64,000 nucleotides of DNA, taken from assembly GCA_002633005.1 (NCBI GenBank), contig NMRA01000843.1:15230-79229 (forward strand), given 5' to 3'. The stretch is from Phoronis australis. Taxonomy: Eukaryota; Animalia; Phoronida. Every line of letters starts with the position of its first letter. Position 1 is the stretch's first letter. Below, piece after piece: positions 1 through 13,458 of the stretch. Below the pieces are notes generated by a model. That model saw nothing but the letters and a program-made list of their open reading frames with translations. It made no database searches and had not been told where the DNA came from. Position numbers and translations under genes: made by a program.

Positions 1-274
1 TTCTGCAAAAACTAAAGACCCTTTAATTCTGTGCTCAAGTACGCAATGATTTTTTGGATGATTTTTAAAAAATCCTTGTTTGCAGTTGGTGATTCTAACA
101 TGAGTTTTTACTTGAAATCTCGCGTTGTTATCAATATTGGTTCCTCGATACTACACTGTACACACGCATCTCCTCTAACATGATTCATCAGCAAGATGGC
201 GGACCACTCCGCCCAACGAAAACCACGTGACTTCAACTCTAGTTATATTTATCTCATTGACGGCGACCTCAAAC

Positions 275-850
275 CGCTGAGAGCACTAGTTTTTGGCGTG
301 AAGACAGAAACCTTTATCAGTAGGCTTGTAATAAACTGATATAGACAATTCAAATGAAAAATGGTTCACAAGCAAATCCAAAAACGGAATCTCGTCATTT
401 ACAGCAAGCTCGTACGTAAACGTCAATGCAGAGTAACGCTCAAGTTCATCACATACAAGTCATGAAAAGCACAACAAAAATATCACCTACATATCGTACA
501 TAGATAGGAATACCACCAATCATATTGCTACCACTCTTTCCACTTCAGACATATAAAATTCCGAAAAAGTGGGACCCAGCGGAGAGCCTATACTCAAACC
601 ACCTTTTTGTAGAAACAACGTACCATTTATATGGCGAGTGGTACTTTGATAGAGCAGATCGCCAGCAACTCTCTCATATGAGTTGGTGAAATCTTGACTG
701 GCTTTAAATGTAGGTGATGGCATACATTATCCAAAATGATGGCAATTGCCTTGTCAACAGGCACGTTGGTGATCAAAGACTCAGCGTCAAGCGACAAAGG
801 TTGATAACGAGGGGATATCAATGAAATCTTCACGAGATATAAGGGAGTAA
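275..850 (-). mobile_element. Penelope-like retroelement (PLE) relic: frameshifted RT fragment plus degenerate pLTR-like tail
   Basis: Overlapping minus ORFs give SLDAESLITNVPVDKAI (PLE RT 'SFDVxSLFTNVP') and LFLQKGGLSIGSPLGPTFSEFYMSEVE ('YxQxxGxAMGSPLSPxxAxxYM'). A decayed CTGAtaaAGG...CCaAAAACTAG...TCAG tail lies at ~324-277 on the minus strand. Confidence 0.75.
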
Positions 851-879
851 CGTCTCTGAATATGCGCTTTTGAACTTAC

Positions 880-2946
880 TTTAAACACTTGATGGAACTG
901 TGCTCAACCGTCATCTTCAGTTGGTCTCCTACTGTCCTTAATGGTTTCGTCCCTAAACCAAGACCATCTCTAGTAGGCGGGACAACAGAGTTGATCAGGC
1001 TCTGCTTGACGGTTGTTGATGGTATTGCTGTTGGTGCTTCATCCATATCCAACAAGATGCCTGTTCAGCTTCGGTGGCCACATCGCGTAGAAGAACCTTC
1101 TTTCCTGTCGCAGAGACGCCCAGAGACCTTGCCATAGCAGTAACCGAGCTGGCCGGAAAACCACGGCAACCAACCTCCACAGAAAAACTCCAACACCTCC
1201 AGCCGTTAACGTGGCAGTCACTCCTCAGATCAGTATATTTCAGGTTCTTCCGCTCATGTGCCTCTTCTACCCTACTCTCCCACGGAATGGTGAGCTCGAT
1301 CAGGATGATCTGGTGGGAACTGTCCGAATAAAGAATCAAGTCAGGGCGCTGGGTAGTCTGGACAATGTGCTGTGGGAAGGATGACTGGTGACCGGCAAGA
1401 TCAACCCACAATTTCCAGTCGTTGGCTGTGTGAAGGATGCCTTTTTGCGCTGGTGACTTCTTCTTACTTGCCTCATCGCCACTTCTTCTGAAACTGATAA
1501 ATTCGATCCGGTGGCTTCTTGACTTTGGTTTACTCTTGACTTCGTCAACCAACACCCTTGCGAAAACTTTCAGTACCTGGTTGTGCCGGTAGGTGTACTT
1601 TCCTGATGCCAAAGACGCGCTGCAAGATGACAGAATGTGTTCTAAAGAACATCTGCGTNNNNNNNNNNNNNNNNNNNNNNNNNNNNNNNNNNNNNNNNNN
1701 NNNNNNNNNNNNNNNNNNNNNNNNNNNNNNNNNNNNNNNNNNNNNNNNNNNNNNNNNNNNNNNNNNNNNNNNNNNNNNNNNNNNNNNNNNNNNNNNNNNN
1801 NNNNNNNNNNNNNNNNNNNNNNNNNNNNNNNNNNNNNNNNNNNNNNNNNNNNNNNNNNNNNNNNNNNNNNNNNNNNNNNNNNNNNNNNNNNNNNNNNNNN
1901 NNNNNNNNNNNNNNNNNNNNNNNNNNNNNNNNNNNNNNNNNNNNNNNNNNNNNNNNNNNNNNNNNNNNNNNNNNNNNNNNNNNNNNNNNNNNNNNNNNNN
2001 NNNNNNNNNNNNNNNNNNNNNNNNNNNNNNNNNNNNNNNNNNNNNNNNNNNNNNNNNNNNNNNNNNNNNNNNNNNNNNNNNNNNNNNNNNNNNNNNNNNN
2101 NNNNNNNNNNNNNNNNNNNNNNNNNNNNNNNNNNNNNNNNNNNNNNNNNNNNNNNNNNNNNNNNNNNNNNNNNNNNNNNNNNNNNNNNNNNNNNNNNNNN
2201 NNNNNNNNNNNNNNNNNNNNNNNNNNNNNNNNNNNNNNNNNNNNNNNNNNNNNNNNNNNNNNNNNNNNNNNNNNNNNNNNNNNNNNNNNNNNNNNNNNNN
2301 NNNNNNNNNNNNNNNNNNNNNNNNNNNNNNNNNNNNNNNNNNNNNNNNNNNNNNNNNNNNNNNNNNNNNNNNNNNNNNNNNNNNNNNNNNNNNNNNNNNN
2401 NNNNNNNNNNNNNNNNNNNNNNNNNNNNNNNNNNNNNNNNNNNNNNNNNNNNNNNNNNNNNNNNNNNNNNNNNNNNNNNNNNNNNNNNNNNNNNNNNNNN
2501 NNNNNNNNNNNNNNNNNNNNCAGATTCTTCTTGCCCTTCTTCGCTCGGTGTATGAGTTCACTTATGATAGAATTATGTTCCAGGCATCCAGAAAAGCCTG
2601 GTACCCCGCCTTTCTGTGAAGATGTGTCAATATACTTGTTCTTGATCATGAAGTCTGTCATTCTGCCGGATAGGATTGCTAAGTAGATCTTTCCTTCCAC
2701 GCTAAGCAGTGAAATTGGTCGAAACTGGCTAATCTGCTTCGAGCCTTCTTCTTTCGGAACATAAACTCCTTCAGCTCGCCCCCACTGGGCTGGAACTACG
2801 CCCTTCCTCCAGAGAATCTTAAACAGCTTCCAGAGCCTTTCTCTCAACTTGGGACTCATCTTATAGACCTTGTAGGAAATTCTACTTGGACCAGGGGCTG
2901 ATCCCGATCGGGCTTTCTTCACAGTGCTATCCACTTCTGACTTCTT
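880..2946 (-). mobile_element. 5'-truncated non-LTR retrotransposon with restriction-like endonuclease (R2 superfamily, HERO-like clade); middle lies in an N-gap
   Basis: 2946-2521 encodes the RT N-terminus (KKARSGSAPGP..WGRAEGVYVPK..QFRPISLLSVEGKI..QKGGVPGFSGCLEH). 1657-995 encodes the end of the zinc-knuckle region and the RLE (YTYRHNQVL, RPDLIL, IELTIPWE, HERKNLKY, VEVGCRGF). Confidence 0.9.
908..968 (-). ncRNA. Putative permuted hammerhead-like ribozyme motif in the 3' tail of the HERO element
   Basis: Minus strand reads GAUGG-UC-UUGGUUU-AGGGAC-GAAA-CCAUU...AGACCAA-CUGAAGA-UGAC. Stem III (GAUGG/CCAUU) and stem I (UUGGUUU/AGACCAA) close a GUC site with both core boxes present; stem II is poor. 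Confidence 0.4.
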
Positions 2947-5900
2947 GTTATGTTAGCAAGATGTTAAGCTGTCTCGTAAGCTGGCCTTAGGACTTGGGAT
3001 GCCGTAGTTGAACATTTTTGTGTGTTTTGGGTTACCATAGAGATAACCTTCAGAGTAGTCACCTTCCATTTCTGAGAAAATGCGACGAGCTGCCGCGTGT
3101 TTTGTATGCCTTCTAGCTTCACAGTAGACCCCTCGACATTGCAGAGGAAGTTGACTTCGCAGTGCGATTTTCCATTCATTAATCGTTTTCCTCTCCCACT
3201 CCCACCCCACCGATCTCCATGCAAGATGCCATAAAAATCAGTGTTATCTGTGGGGAAGCCCGTCTTAGTTGCTCGGGCTACAACATGGACTTAAAAACTT
3301 CCTGGTTCATTGTGCTGTTATAATATTTTCAGAATGTAAAACAAAAATTATTAATATCACAAAGCAACTTAAGCATTCCGAATGGTATTCGTTGATAAAT
3401 GCAAGTTGGCCGTCAGGTTCACTTGAAACACATTGTAGAGAACGAAGGAATGGACAGGGAAAACCGCAGTTTATGATGTTACACATTTTGATTACGTCAT
3501 CTAGCGGTAGACATGAAGCTGAATGCTACTGTATGCCAGCAAATATTAAGCATCAAAAGGTTCTTGAACGAGAACCTTTCTGCGAATTGAATTAGTTTTG
3601 CTTTTTCAGTGCGAAGTTTTGCTTAGTGAACGCGAACTTACATTGTATAGTTCTTTTAGAAACGGTCATACTTCTGCTCTTATTCAACGCGTACTTTGGT
3701 TAATCAAAGCGTTCTGCAGTTTTACTGAACGCGTACTTTTACTCAGTTCCTATAGTCTAATGACGACAGTGCTCTCAAATCTCAAAATGGCGGAAGATTT
3801 TCTACAAGGGTGTGCAAGGCAACTTTTGTGGAATGTTGCAGATTCTTATCAAGTGACGAGTAAGATGGCGCTGTTAACTTTGTTAGGAACAGTCAACCCG
3901 CTCATAGGTACTCGTTCAAGAACCCTTTGGCGATTTGTAGCGAAACGGCGTCGCTTGTAGGGAAAACCCATTTCATATTCAATGCACAGCAGCGCCACTA
4001 ATATGCGAATCACAGTACTCTGGTTGGTGGCGACTGCTCCCGGCTTTTTTAATAGCATTTTGAAAACACGTTAAAGTGTGCCAAAACAGCTACCCCTTTT
4101 TGGTAACGTCTTCAGGATGTTAACTGCTACTTAGTCAGAACACTTGAAAACTGGTTGAGTAAAGTGACGATTTTAAAGGGTGTAACTAAACCATCGTCAT
4201 GTACAAGAGTACTGTAACCTCTGTATATTCCATTCTAAGGAACCTACTTCAACGACTTCTGCCTTATCGGATTTTGTCAACTTGCTTTCGACGCCCAGCT
4301 AAATGTAAAAAGGAATCTCTTTGTCTTTAAAGTCCGTCTCTCAAACTGCCCATGTGGTTCCAGTATCCGAAAATACTTAATAAAATGTTATTTTCGACAC
4401 CCTTTCTTTATATTCTTTTCGCCTTTCTTGCCAAAAGCGATTTTTTAACAGTATTTGTCCCTTTTCTGCGAGCGTATAATTACCGGCTGTCATCGGTTAT
4501 TTCCGTACCCACATTTCCGGCTCATCAGTTCAGGAACTTTTTCCTTGTAACTGAATGTGCTATGGCTTGCTCGAAAAGTCTTCATTATTTTGTTTTATTA
4601 GTAATATCTCGTGATTCGTTTGTGTGTGTAGTGTATTTATAGTTTGTAGTTAGTGGTCATTGAATTTTTTTGGAATGTTACGCGTACTTATTATGGTAAA
4701 ATAGCATTGGTGTTTAGGTCCTTACGAAGGCCGGTCGAACCTAGGAACCAATATGGGTCGAACCAATTTTTTTTCGTTTTGATTTTTTTCTCGTTTTGAA
4801 AAAGTACTTTGCCATCATCGGAAAGTTAGTGCATTCTACTCAAAAAAAATCGAAAAAGTATCAAAATCGGTGCAAGCAGTGTAAAGATATTGCAATTTTT
4901 TTGGCGAAATTTGGGTCACTTTGTTTGGATTGCGTCGGCCATATTGGAGGACAGCGGGATAAGTTATGAGTTTAAAACTTTGTGTAAATTGTTTTCGCCA
5001 ACAAATTACGGTGAAATTTAGTTAGACAATATCTTTAATTACTATTTTGCACGATTCAACAGTGTTCACCAAATTTCAGGCTCGCAGTTGTTATTCAATA
5101 AATGATAAATGTGCTCACAATTCCCGTTGGTCTCATTTCTGGTGGCACCGACAACATGGCGACTTTTGCTGAACTGAAAGGCATGTGCAATCGGCTACTT
5201 TGTAATTTGTGAAGATTAACGTTGATACATTTTGACAAACGTTGCTACAAAAAAGGAACTTTGTTCAATTTTCGTGTTTTTTGTGCAAAAATATGAGATA
5301 TATTCGAATTATTTTACTGTGAATTTCCCATTCAGGTGTTCTTACACTAAGCTAAAAATAGTTGAAATAATTTTGAAATGGTTTTTTGTTTGACTGTCAA
5401 CTGCTGTTCAGGACTTGATTAGGTGTCACAAAATGATTCATATTTTTCTAAATTTTAAGTCTCAATTGCTTTCAAGTCAGGTTTTGTAACTTATTGCTTC
5501 TTAATTCAGGTTATCAAGTCAACAATATGAATAATCTTAAGTTGAGAAATAAGCTATGTTCGATTGTGAAGCTTCAAGCCTCCAATTCTTGTTCCTTTCA
5601 ACTTCATATTTTTTAATCATGCTTGTCAAATTCTGGTGTGAGGAAGCACTATTCGGTCACCATGGTAATAGTTACATGTAAGTCCACTTTCACAACATGG
5701 AAACTTTTGCTGTTGCATGCGCGCACCCACCCATTTGGCGAAGTGGGCAAAAAGGTCCGCTCTCGAGAGATAAAAAGCCGGAAAAAATGGGACAAAATTC
5801 CACTAAAGAAGCGCAAACGCGCAATTCACAGTGGTACTTCCGTTTTTTTTTTAGTCCGCCGACTCTTTATTTTAGCAAAAGCCCCACATCGCCGGGAATT

Positions 5901-8900
5901 CGAGCCCCCCATATTGAAGGCTGGGTGCGTGCATATGTTGAATAGTTTTTGTAATGCTAAATGTTGTAACGTATTGTATATTTTTAAGTTACTTATTATG
6001 TTAAAAGGTTGAATCATTTTGGCTTAATGAATAAAAATGATAACATTTTGTATTGGACTTGTCATACTTATGTGCTCAAACGAGCCCCCTATTTAAGTTG
6101 GAGAAATGGAAAAAGTCCTGCCTCAGTCAGAGAAGCACGAATTCTGAAAAAATATAATAAGACAATATTCCACTAGAAAACAGGAAGTACCAAAATTTAG
6201 CGTCTGCAATTCATAGCTCTGAACATACCCAGTGAATCTTATAGTAAAAGATAGACATTCCCAAAAATTCCAGCCCCCCCCCCNGCACAAAGCTGTATAG
6301 GCCTGCATGTACTAACAAGCTGTATTTAAACGATAGTCTTCACTGGTAGCTGGCACTGAGGCTAGCTAAGGTCTGCCGCGGCAGTGTGACACAGGACTAA
6401 CCAGCCCGTAATTTCATGCAAGTGTCTGAAACTATCTTTGAATATATGAGGCATTTATGATTTGAGCATTTTACTTCGACAAAACAGCTTGCAACCGCAT
6501 GCATTTACCGTTCGCCAGTGTCTGGTCTCGATCGGCACTGGGTCCGATACGCTGCGGTCCCGAGTCTAGCAAAATAATTTCTGTCAAAATTTATTCGCCA
6601 CATTTCTTCAGCAAATTCGATAAAATTGTCTGTATTTTGATTCTATTAAAATTAAGGCGCTGTCGATTATTTTATCCCCATTTACAGGCTAGTAACCAGC
6701 ACTGCTCCAGTCACACTGACGGCGTTTTCTTAACCTGGCGTGCGTTCAGTAGATGCTAGGACCTACGCTAGGACCTAGCTAAAACCTAGTCAAAGTCACG
6801 TGTTCTCATTTAAAATGCACGGCAATATCTCACATAACCTCGCGAAGTCTTGCTTTTTATAGCGAAGTCCTAGCGTTACTGAACGGGAGGCTGGGTTCCT
6901 GAATGAATTGTACTTCCGGGTTCGCGGCAAGTTCAAAATGGCGGTCGTTCTTCGGGTGCGAATCGTGAGTGGCGCGTTCATTTAAAATTTTTTCGATTAC
7001 GGATTGTGTATTAGTTATGGGGTAAGTACTTCTTGGATCCTTATAACATCCTCTAACCATGTAATAAGGGTTAACAACGTGTGAGACCAGGACTTTAATC
7101 ACCACAAAAATAGAAGTACCGGGATGTAAATCCGCACTGAATGACAGCATGTTAAACGTTTTAATTAAGTACTGAGTAAAGCAAAAGCGACGAAAATGTC
7201 ACCAAAATTACAATAACGTAAAACGTCAGCATGCTGTATTTATTTGAATTACATACTTGCACATGGAATTGTTTGATTGAATTAATAAGCTTCTTCGCAG
7301 TCCAAACGAGTACACTGGGCGACAATGCGTGACATTCCTGTCTCGGACTTTTCAAAGACAGCTGAAAGGGATATTGTTGCTTTCACGACCGAAAAGCATT
7401 TTTGAGATTATTCTACAAATTTATCATTTTGGTATAGATTTTGAGGATTTTATGTCGAGGCACTCGCTCACTTTCATTTTTTTATTTTGACTATAAATGA
7501 CCAGCACTCATTACATGCCTGAATAAAAATTAATGGGTGTTTTACGATTTGAAGCAATGAAATACAAAAAAATATATTGAGTGTTTCTGACAATGAAAGA
7601 CATGTCATACTGAATCTTCTCACCTGTATTATTAGCCTAGTACGATCAGCGTGACAACAGCCAACACACACTCTCTTGATGCGAGCGCTATAATGTGAAT
7701 ACTTGCACACAGTCGTCTTTGAAGAACGGCTGGGTATCACTACAGAAAACAGATTACATATGTACAAAGAAGTAGCACTGTAGAACTACAGGAAGTTCTT
7801 TTGGTTCTATGGAGATATCAATGCTGTCCAATTGAAAGGGACCGATGAAGATTGGCTTATCAGTTTACCGGGCTTCAACTAAAAGGCAAAAAACTGACTT
7901 AGCAATGATTTTGTTCGTTGACACTTCCTGGTTTTAGGATAACTTAAAGTTCATTGTGAGTTGTTTTTTGAATTCGCAAACATTTACTGTGCTGCATATC
8001 GCTATGTGTTTAGTCTCAGAGTAATTCAATTTACAGAAAAGGGAAGTTTTTTTCCATCGATTTAGGCCTACCGGGAATTCCCTTAACAAGGCGCCTCAAT
8101 TGTACGCTCATGGGTCTATTTACGGATTTATTTTTGAATCTATGCCACGCTGAGCCTACTTTTGGAATCTCAATGAAAGACTACTTTAAACTTGATTGTA
8201 GTTTGCAAACTTATGCACGTCATCGTTAACTCTTGATACAGAGAGAAATTAATAAAAATTTGTCCTTCATGTGAAATCTTTTGAATACCAGGAGCGATTG
8301 TACTGATTCATGGTTTAAAAATGTCAGAAATTCCGTAATACCCTTCAACTTAAGTGGTATTTGGAAGTCCATAGACCTCTTGCACACGAAGGGCCTAGTA
8401 TCTACTAGCATATGACTCCAGCAAACGAAGCCATTTGGTCAGATTTACACCGTACTATGATACGATCTGTTTTGTATGCAATTTCGTCAATTCAGATAGT
8501 CTTGTATTTCTCTCATTTGCTGTTATTTTTTACAAATGTTGATTCAGTTTCTTATTTCTGGGCGGTGGTTGCATGCTCATTTTGTTTCAGACCAAATTTA
8601 TAAGATACGAAAATAGAACAGTATAGTTGATACATAACCACAACAAAGCATTCTGCTCCAATAACAAGACAACTGTTTACATGGTGTATTTATCGTGTGT
8701 CTCACGTTACATCAGTTATCCTTGCAAGATCACTGTTTCGCTCTTTGTGTTCAGCTAAACTCGTCCTTGAATAACCAAATATGAACCAAATGTCCAAAGA
8801 TCTACACCATACCTCAAGTGCTAAAATTCACGATGTATAACCACCAAAAACCTTGCACTATTAAATTCTCTGACCATGGAAACATGGGTGAAACCGTCAA

Positions 8901-9078
8901 AATAACCTGCCTCCATGCGGTGCTTGGTAAGGAAATTATAAGCAAAAATAGAATTTTGCGTAATGGCAGCCTTAATTTGCATATTTAAAAAGGCTCAGAG
9001 GTTGTGAACTGTCACATCCCTAAATCATGGTCACTTAACCTTAGGTTATATTATAAAACAGCAAAAAATATCAGTTAA

Positions 9079-9238
9079 ATCCAGGTTGAGCCCCTGTCTC
9101 CCGCACTATTGGCATGGATCCAGTTGAGCCCCTGTCTCCCGCACTATTGACATGGATCCAGTTGAGCCCCTGTCTCCCGCACTATTGGCATGGATCCAGT
9201 TGAGTCCCTGTCTCCCGCACAATTGGCATGGATCCAGC
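9079..9238. repeat. 38-bp minisatellite, ~4 copies
   Basis: Unit atccagttgagcccctgtctcccgcactattggcatgg repeated head-to-tail. Confidence 0.95.
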
Positions 9239-10043
9239 TGCCCGACACGGAAACGGTATGTGCAACGACTGTGCGAAACTTTGCGATGAGCCTGGAGTGA
9301 ACTTGAAGGCTACTTGTGGTGGTGATCGAAACTTAAGCAATTTGCATTTAAGAATTGTCAGAATACTTCACATTCATGTCCATCAAATAAAAGTTCAGTC
9401 CTGCGTAGACACGAAACAGGTTGTTGGCTTCCGTGTAATAGACGCAACCGTCAGCTTCACGTTTTTCGAAAACGTCACTCTAGTGTTGTAGTGAGTAGAC
9501 TTGTCGTGACAACGCAATATTTAGAAGGAAGTTTGTTATATTGTAATGGTTTCTTAATTTCAGCTTTACCAGCGAGGGCTTTTGAATTTGTTACTTGTAG
9601 ACCGGACTGTTTTGCGGCCTCCTGGCTCAATTATTATTGACAGTACATTCCCAACTTATTTTGGGGTGTCCAAATACAAAATAAGTATTTGGTATCTTCT
9701 CAGACAAACTGAATTAGTTACTTGGTGATCTGCCCCGTGGACGAAATAGGATGGCAGCACAGGCGACGAAGGGGCGGCATAATTAAAAGACACGGAGCAG
9801 CAAAACCGATGATGACCGTAAGGCGGTAGTGTCGCGGCACGAAATTTGTGGAACATCGTCACTAAGTTCTGGCAAGGATGGTCACTATAAAACAAATGTG
9901 CGGTTTCTTATGGATGTCTCAAACCTTATTAACAACAATTGGCCATTTTTACAATATTTCACATTATCTAGGGAAATACCCTTTCTTTATTCCCGGGTAA
10001 CTTCAAAAAAATACATACCGTGTAGCGACTCACGAGAATAAAA

Positions 10044-10310
10044 TTAAGATAAAACAGAACCACCTTGGAACCGCACAACTGCGTGCATACTTGTACCATG
10101 GAAAATGTCCGCCAGCAGGCCAGGACAATTTTCTAGAAAGAATTCATAAATGAACTCCATTCTCACTCTATGTTCTCTGATGATACTTGAAAGAAGCTGT
10201 TTGTGTGTAGTGCAACACTGCTTCACTTGTAATAGATAAGGTTACAATACCCAACAATGGAAGTTGAAAATACAAATTGAAACATGTTTTACTCGTCTCT
10301 TAGTCTACCT
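10044..10310 (-). pseudogene. Internally deleted paralogue relic of the FAM111-like protease gene
   Basis: 10170-10070 encodes VRMEFIYEFFLENCPGLLADIFHG, homologous to the intact C-terminus VRMECVYEFLENNHADLCADIFRG. It is joined directly to sequence (10180-10310) homologous to the intronic segment 17565-17695. Confidence 0.65.
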
Positions 10311-10429
10311 CTAGTGGCTGTCACGGTTTTAATAGGATGAATGCTTTCAGTCACAAAGCTGAGTAAATAACATGCAGCAAATTAAGTCAAATACTGGAGA
10401 TAGGGATTGAGTTGATTTGGCTACGTTGC

Positions 10430-10730
10430 CGCGTCCTCAACTCGAGGATCTTCGGCAGGCCACTGAGGTGTCACGTGACTCATCATGTGATCGACAACAC
10501 GCGGAATACTCTTCAGCGCCCTATCCCAAGTTCTCGGTAACAGAAATCTCAGGCCCCTTGTCTATTTAAGCTGGGATTCTTCACTCGTTCATATATTGCT
10601 TCCATAACCTGAACCAGTTTTCTTCCCTATCCAGAATTGTGACATTATCCGATGGAGAAAGAATGGTCCTTATCACCATGTGACTGAATACTTTCGAATC
10701 ATTACGGAGGTTGTTGTGATTCGGCGGTAC
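10430..10730 (-). mobile_element. Penelope-like element 3' fragment (GIY-YIG endonuclease C-terminus and tail)
   Basis: Minus-strand translation with frameshifts: DNVTILDREENWFR / MEAIYERVKNPSLNRQG / LRFLLPRTWDRAL, the typical end of PLE GIY-YIG domains. Confidence 0.7.
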
Positions 10731-10737
10731 CAAAAGC

Positions 10738-11539
10738 GTGAAGAAAGCGTAAGGTAAGCGTTAGAGAGGCTTGAGGAAGGTGTTCAATAAACCGGAGGCA
10801 AGCGTGAGCGCTACTCGGAGAGTAAACGTGAGAAGACCGTGACAGATTTCATTCATGCCTGTGTTCCGGTTACGGCCGGGTTACGCTTAACCAGACCCGA
10901 AGAAGCCCGGATGAAGTCTAATAATTTAGTGACGGTACTGTAAGTATAGTTTATGATGTTGATGAGCAAGTAGTTTGTACGTCACTTTCTCGATCATAAC
11001 TGGGACGCGCCCATATAGGCAAAGGGAAGCTTAACTGAGCATCGTCATTTAACGTAGCAATTAAGACTATTGATGTCACCACTTGACTTCCTTTGGCGTT
11101 TCCATATTGGTTTCTGTTAGATTACATATTGTATGATACTTGTGTGAAGAAAGCGTGAGGTAGGCGTTAGAGAGGCTTGAGGAAGGTGTTCACTAAACCG
11201 GAGTCAAGCGTGAGCGCTACCCGGAGAGCTAGTCTAAACGTGAGAAGACCGTGACAGATTTCCCTCACGCCTGTGTTCCGGTTACGGTTACGCTTAACCA
11301 AACCCGAAGAAGCCCGGATGAAGTCTATTAATTTAGTGACGTACTGTAAGTATAGTTTATGATGTTGATGAGCAAGTAGTTTGTACGTCACTTTCTCGAT
11401 CGTAACTGGGACGCGCCCATAGGCAAAGGGAAGCTTAACCGAGCATCGTCATTTAACGTAGTAATTAAGACTACTGATGTTACCACTTGATTTCCATATT
11501 GGTTTCTGTTAGATTTCATGTTGTATGATACTTGTGTGA
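10738..11539. repeat. Tandem duplication of a ~406-bp unit (2 copies)
   Basis: gtgaagaaagcgt..ttagagaggcttgaggaaggtgttca begins at 10738 and at 11144; both units end in tgtatgatacttgtgtga. Confidence 0.92.
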
Positions 11540-12774
11540 TACTTACGTACCTTCATCCAGTGTAACCGCCACCACCGTAAAATAGAAGCTCTACCACAGC
11601 CGAACAGATGAGCGTCCCGGAGACGCAAGTTGCTCGCGAAAACACAAGACCAAGCTAGATATCACCATTAAAACTGAAAGGCAATTTGGCACAGACGACT
11701 AAGGCTAAGGGCCGAATATAATTGCACACAAAAATGACTCGTCAGTTATTAGAAAATCTCATAAACTATTCCCTGTCTCAGTCAGCATGTAAGTTAGACC
11801 ACTGTTTCCGTTTTGAACAGGGAATAAATTGACGCGAGTTGTCTAGTGGCACTTGTTATTGATCTAAATGACAAGTTGCCTTCTTACACATGTGCAGTAG
11901 CCTTGACAATAGAAAGGGTACAACCATATCCTGAGCATGGTTTTGTACATGGTTCGCATGGGCAGAATTACCGATATAAGCACAGCTTCGAATATAGGCG
12001 CATGGGCCTAAATACGCGCATACATGGTCATAATAATGATAACATTATCTGTGCACGTGCGTACATGTTTCCACCAAACGCAAGCACTTTAATGGCTGTG
12101 AATGTAAGAGACATGTAGAGTAGATCAACCTTTTATTGTTACAAACACTCTAGGACATGCAAATACATGTGATGATGATGACATCACGATTCACATACAC
12201 ACAGATGAATTATGTGCTTTGAAAGCGCGGTGTTTACATCTCTATGTAGACAGTCGCTTAAAAGGTTTGTAACGTTTGACTTTTTACACGACAATGAAAT
12301 AAGTGTTTATACTCGAGTGCATAACTAAGGGAATAAAACAATTAAGCATATTATAACCATTTAGCGCGACTGTGTTGTTTTAATAGCTGAGCCTTCCAAT
12401 ATTTTGTGACACCCTGTATTCATAAAATTGAGTGAACACCAAGAAGTAACAAGGTACGCTAGATGGGGTGCACAACAAAGTATTGCTTGTCACATTTTGA
12501 CAAGTGTTTACACAGCCGATGACTTCACTGTTGGACCATGCAACACAACGGAACAATTACAAGTTGTATAAATATAAACAAATATGATGACACGAAATTT
12601 ACAATGAATCAGGAATGAAGAAAATTAAAGAAACGCGTAGTGTTAAAGCACAACAAGTGGGGTAAATGGGTTACTGTATAATCACGTGATGTGTAGACAA
12701 TTATTACATATGTACAACGACATACAATTGATGTCGCAGAATTCCAAATGGTGGCACTGTTGTGAACAAATGGT

Positions 12775-12950
12775 AGATCTAGAGCGGAACTCAGTTAGCA
12801 GCGCGAGACGTCAGATGTCTTTTGATGGGCATCCCAACATTACGGACAGTATATTGTCTCCCAGTAACCCATCCCGACACACATGGCCAAAGACAAGCCC
12901 CTTGTTGTTGAGAGTACGACCCTGCGGTTTGATGGTCGACTTGAAAAGTT
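12775..12950 (-). mobile_element. Degraded RTE-clade LINE ORF2 C-terminal fragment
   Basis: Minus frame FKSTIK..LVFGHVCRDGLLGDNILSVMLG..DI*RLA resembles the RTE 'xFGHVxR...IL.G' motif. Confidence 0.4.
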
Positions 12951-13458
12951 CAAAGTTTACTAAAATTTATAGGAAAATAAAACAGTATAATCACGAACGC
13001 CAGTACCGAGAGTGAAATGTCAACTGGGTTCTGCTCCCTACAAGGCAATGCACTGGCAAGACTTGCAAATTGGCTTATGGAACCCGTTTCACTAAACTGT
13101 TGCGTCTTAAGGAGGTAACTTTGTGAAATAACTGATCAGACAAGTTACCAAACAGTGTTCATTTTTGATCTAGAAACATGAAAAGTTCACTTGACCATGT
13201 AACCGACCATGCTGAAAAACGACCACAGCCCACACTGACCACAAACTCACTAGACTGATCACTTCGACAGCCTTGAAAACTATCACTTTGTACAACTAAA
13301 TCGACTATCATGCTCAATTATCTAAGTTCATCACCACTTAGAATAACAAATAACCTTATGAGTGTACCCATGTAGGTTAGTTGGTGATCTAGTACCAAGC
13401 TTACTTGAGGCATCATAGATCACGCTACACGAGCTGGCTTGACCAAGACCATCACAGA

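Noticed and set aside
1545-2619. Long ORFs spanning N-gaps (also 15470-16340, 18153-19136, 42464-43437)
   Set aside because: Their length comes from X residues; only the flanking real sequence was interpreted.
4500-4530. Minus-strand CTGATGAGCCGGAAA, a minimal hammerhead-like core
   Set aside because: Stems I and III and an NUH site cannot be formed.
4716-6778. Possible TIR pair TAGGTCCT...AGGACCTA
   Set aside because: Short imperfect match with no TSD; interior uninformative.
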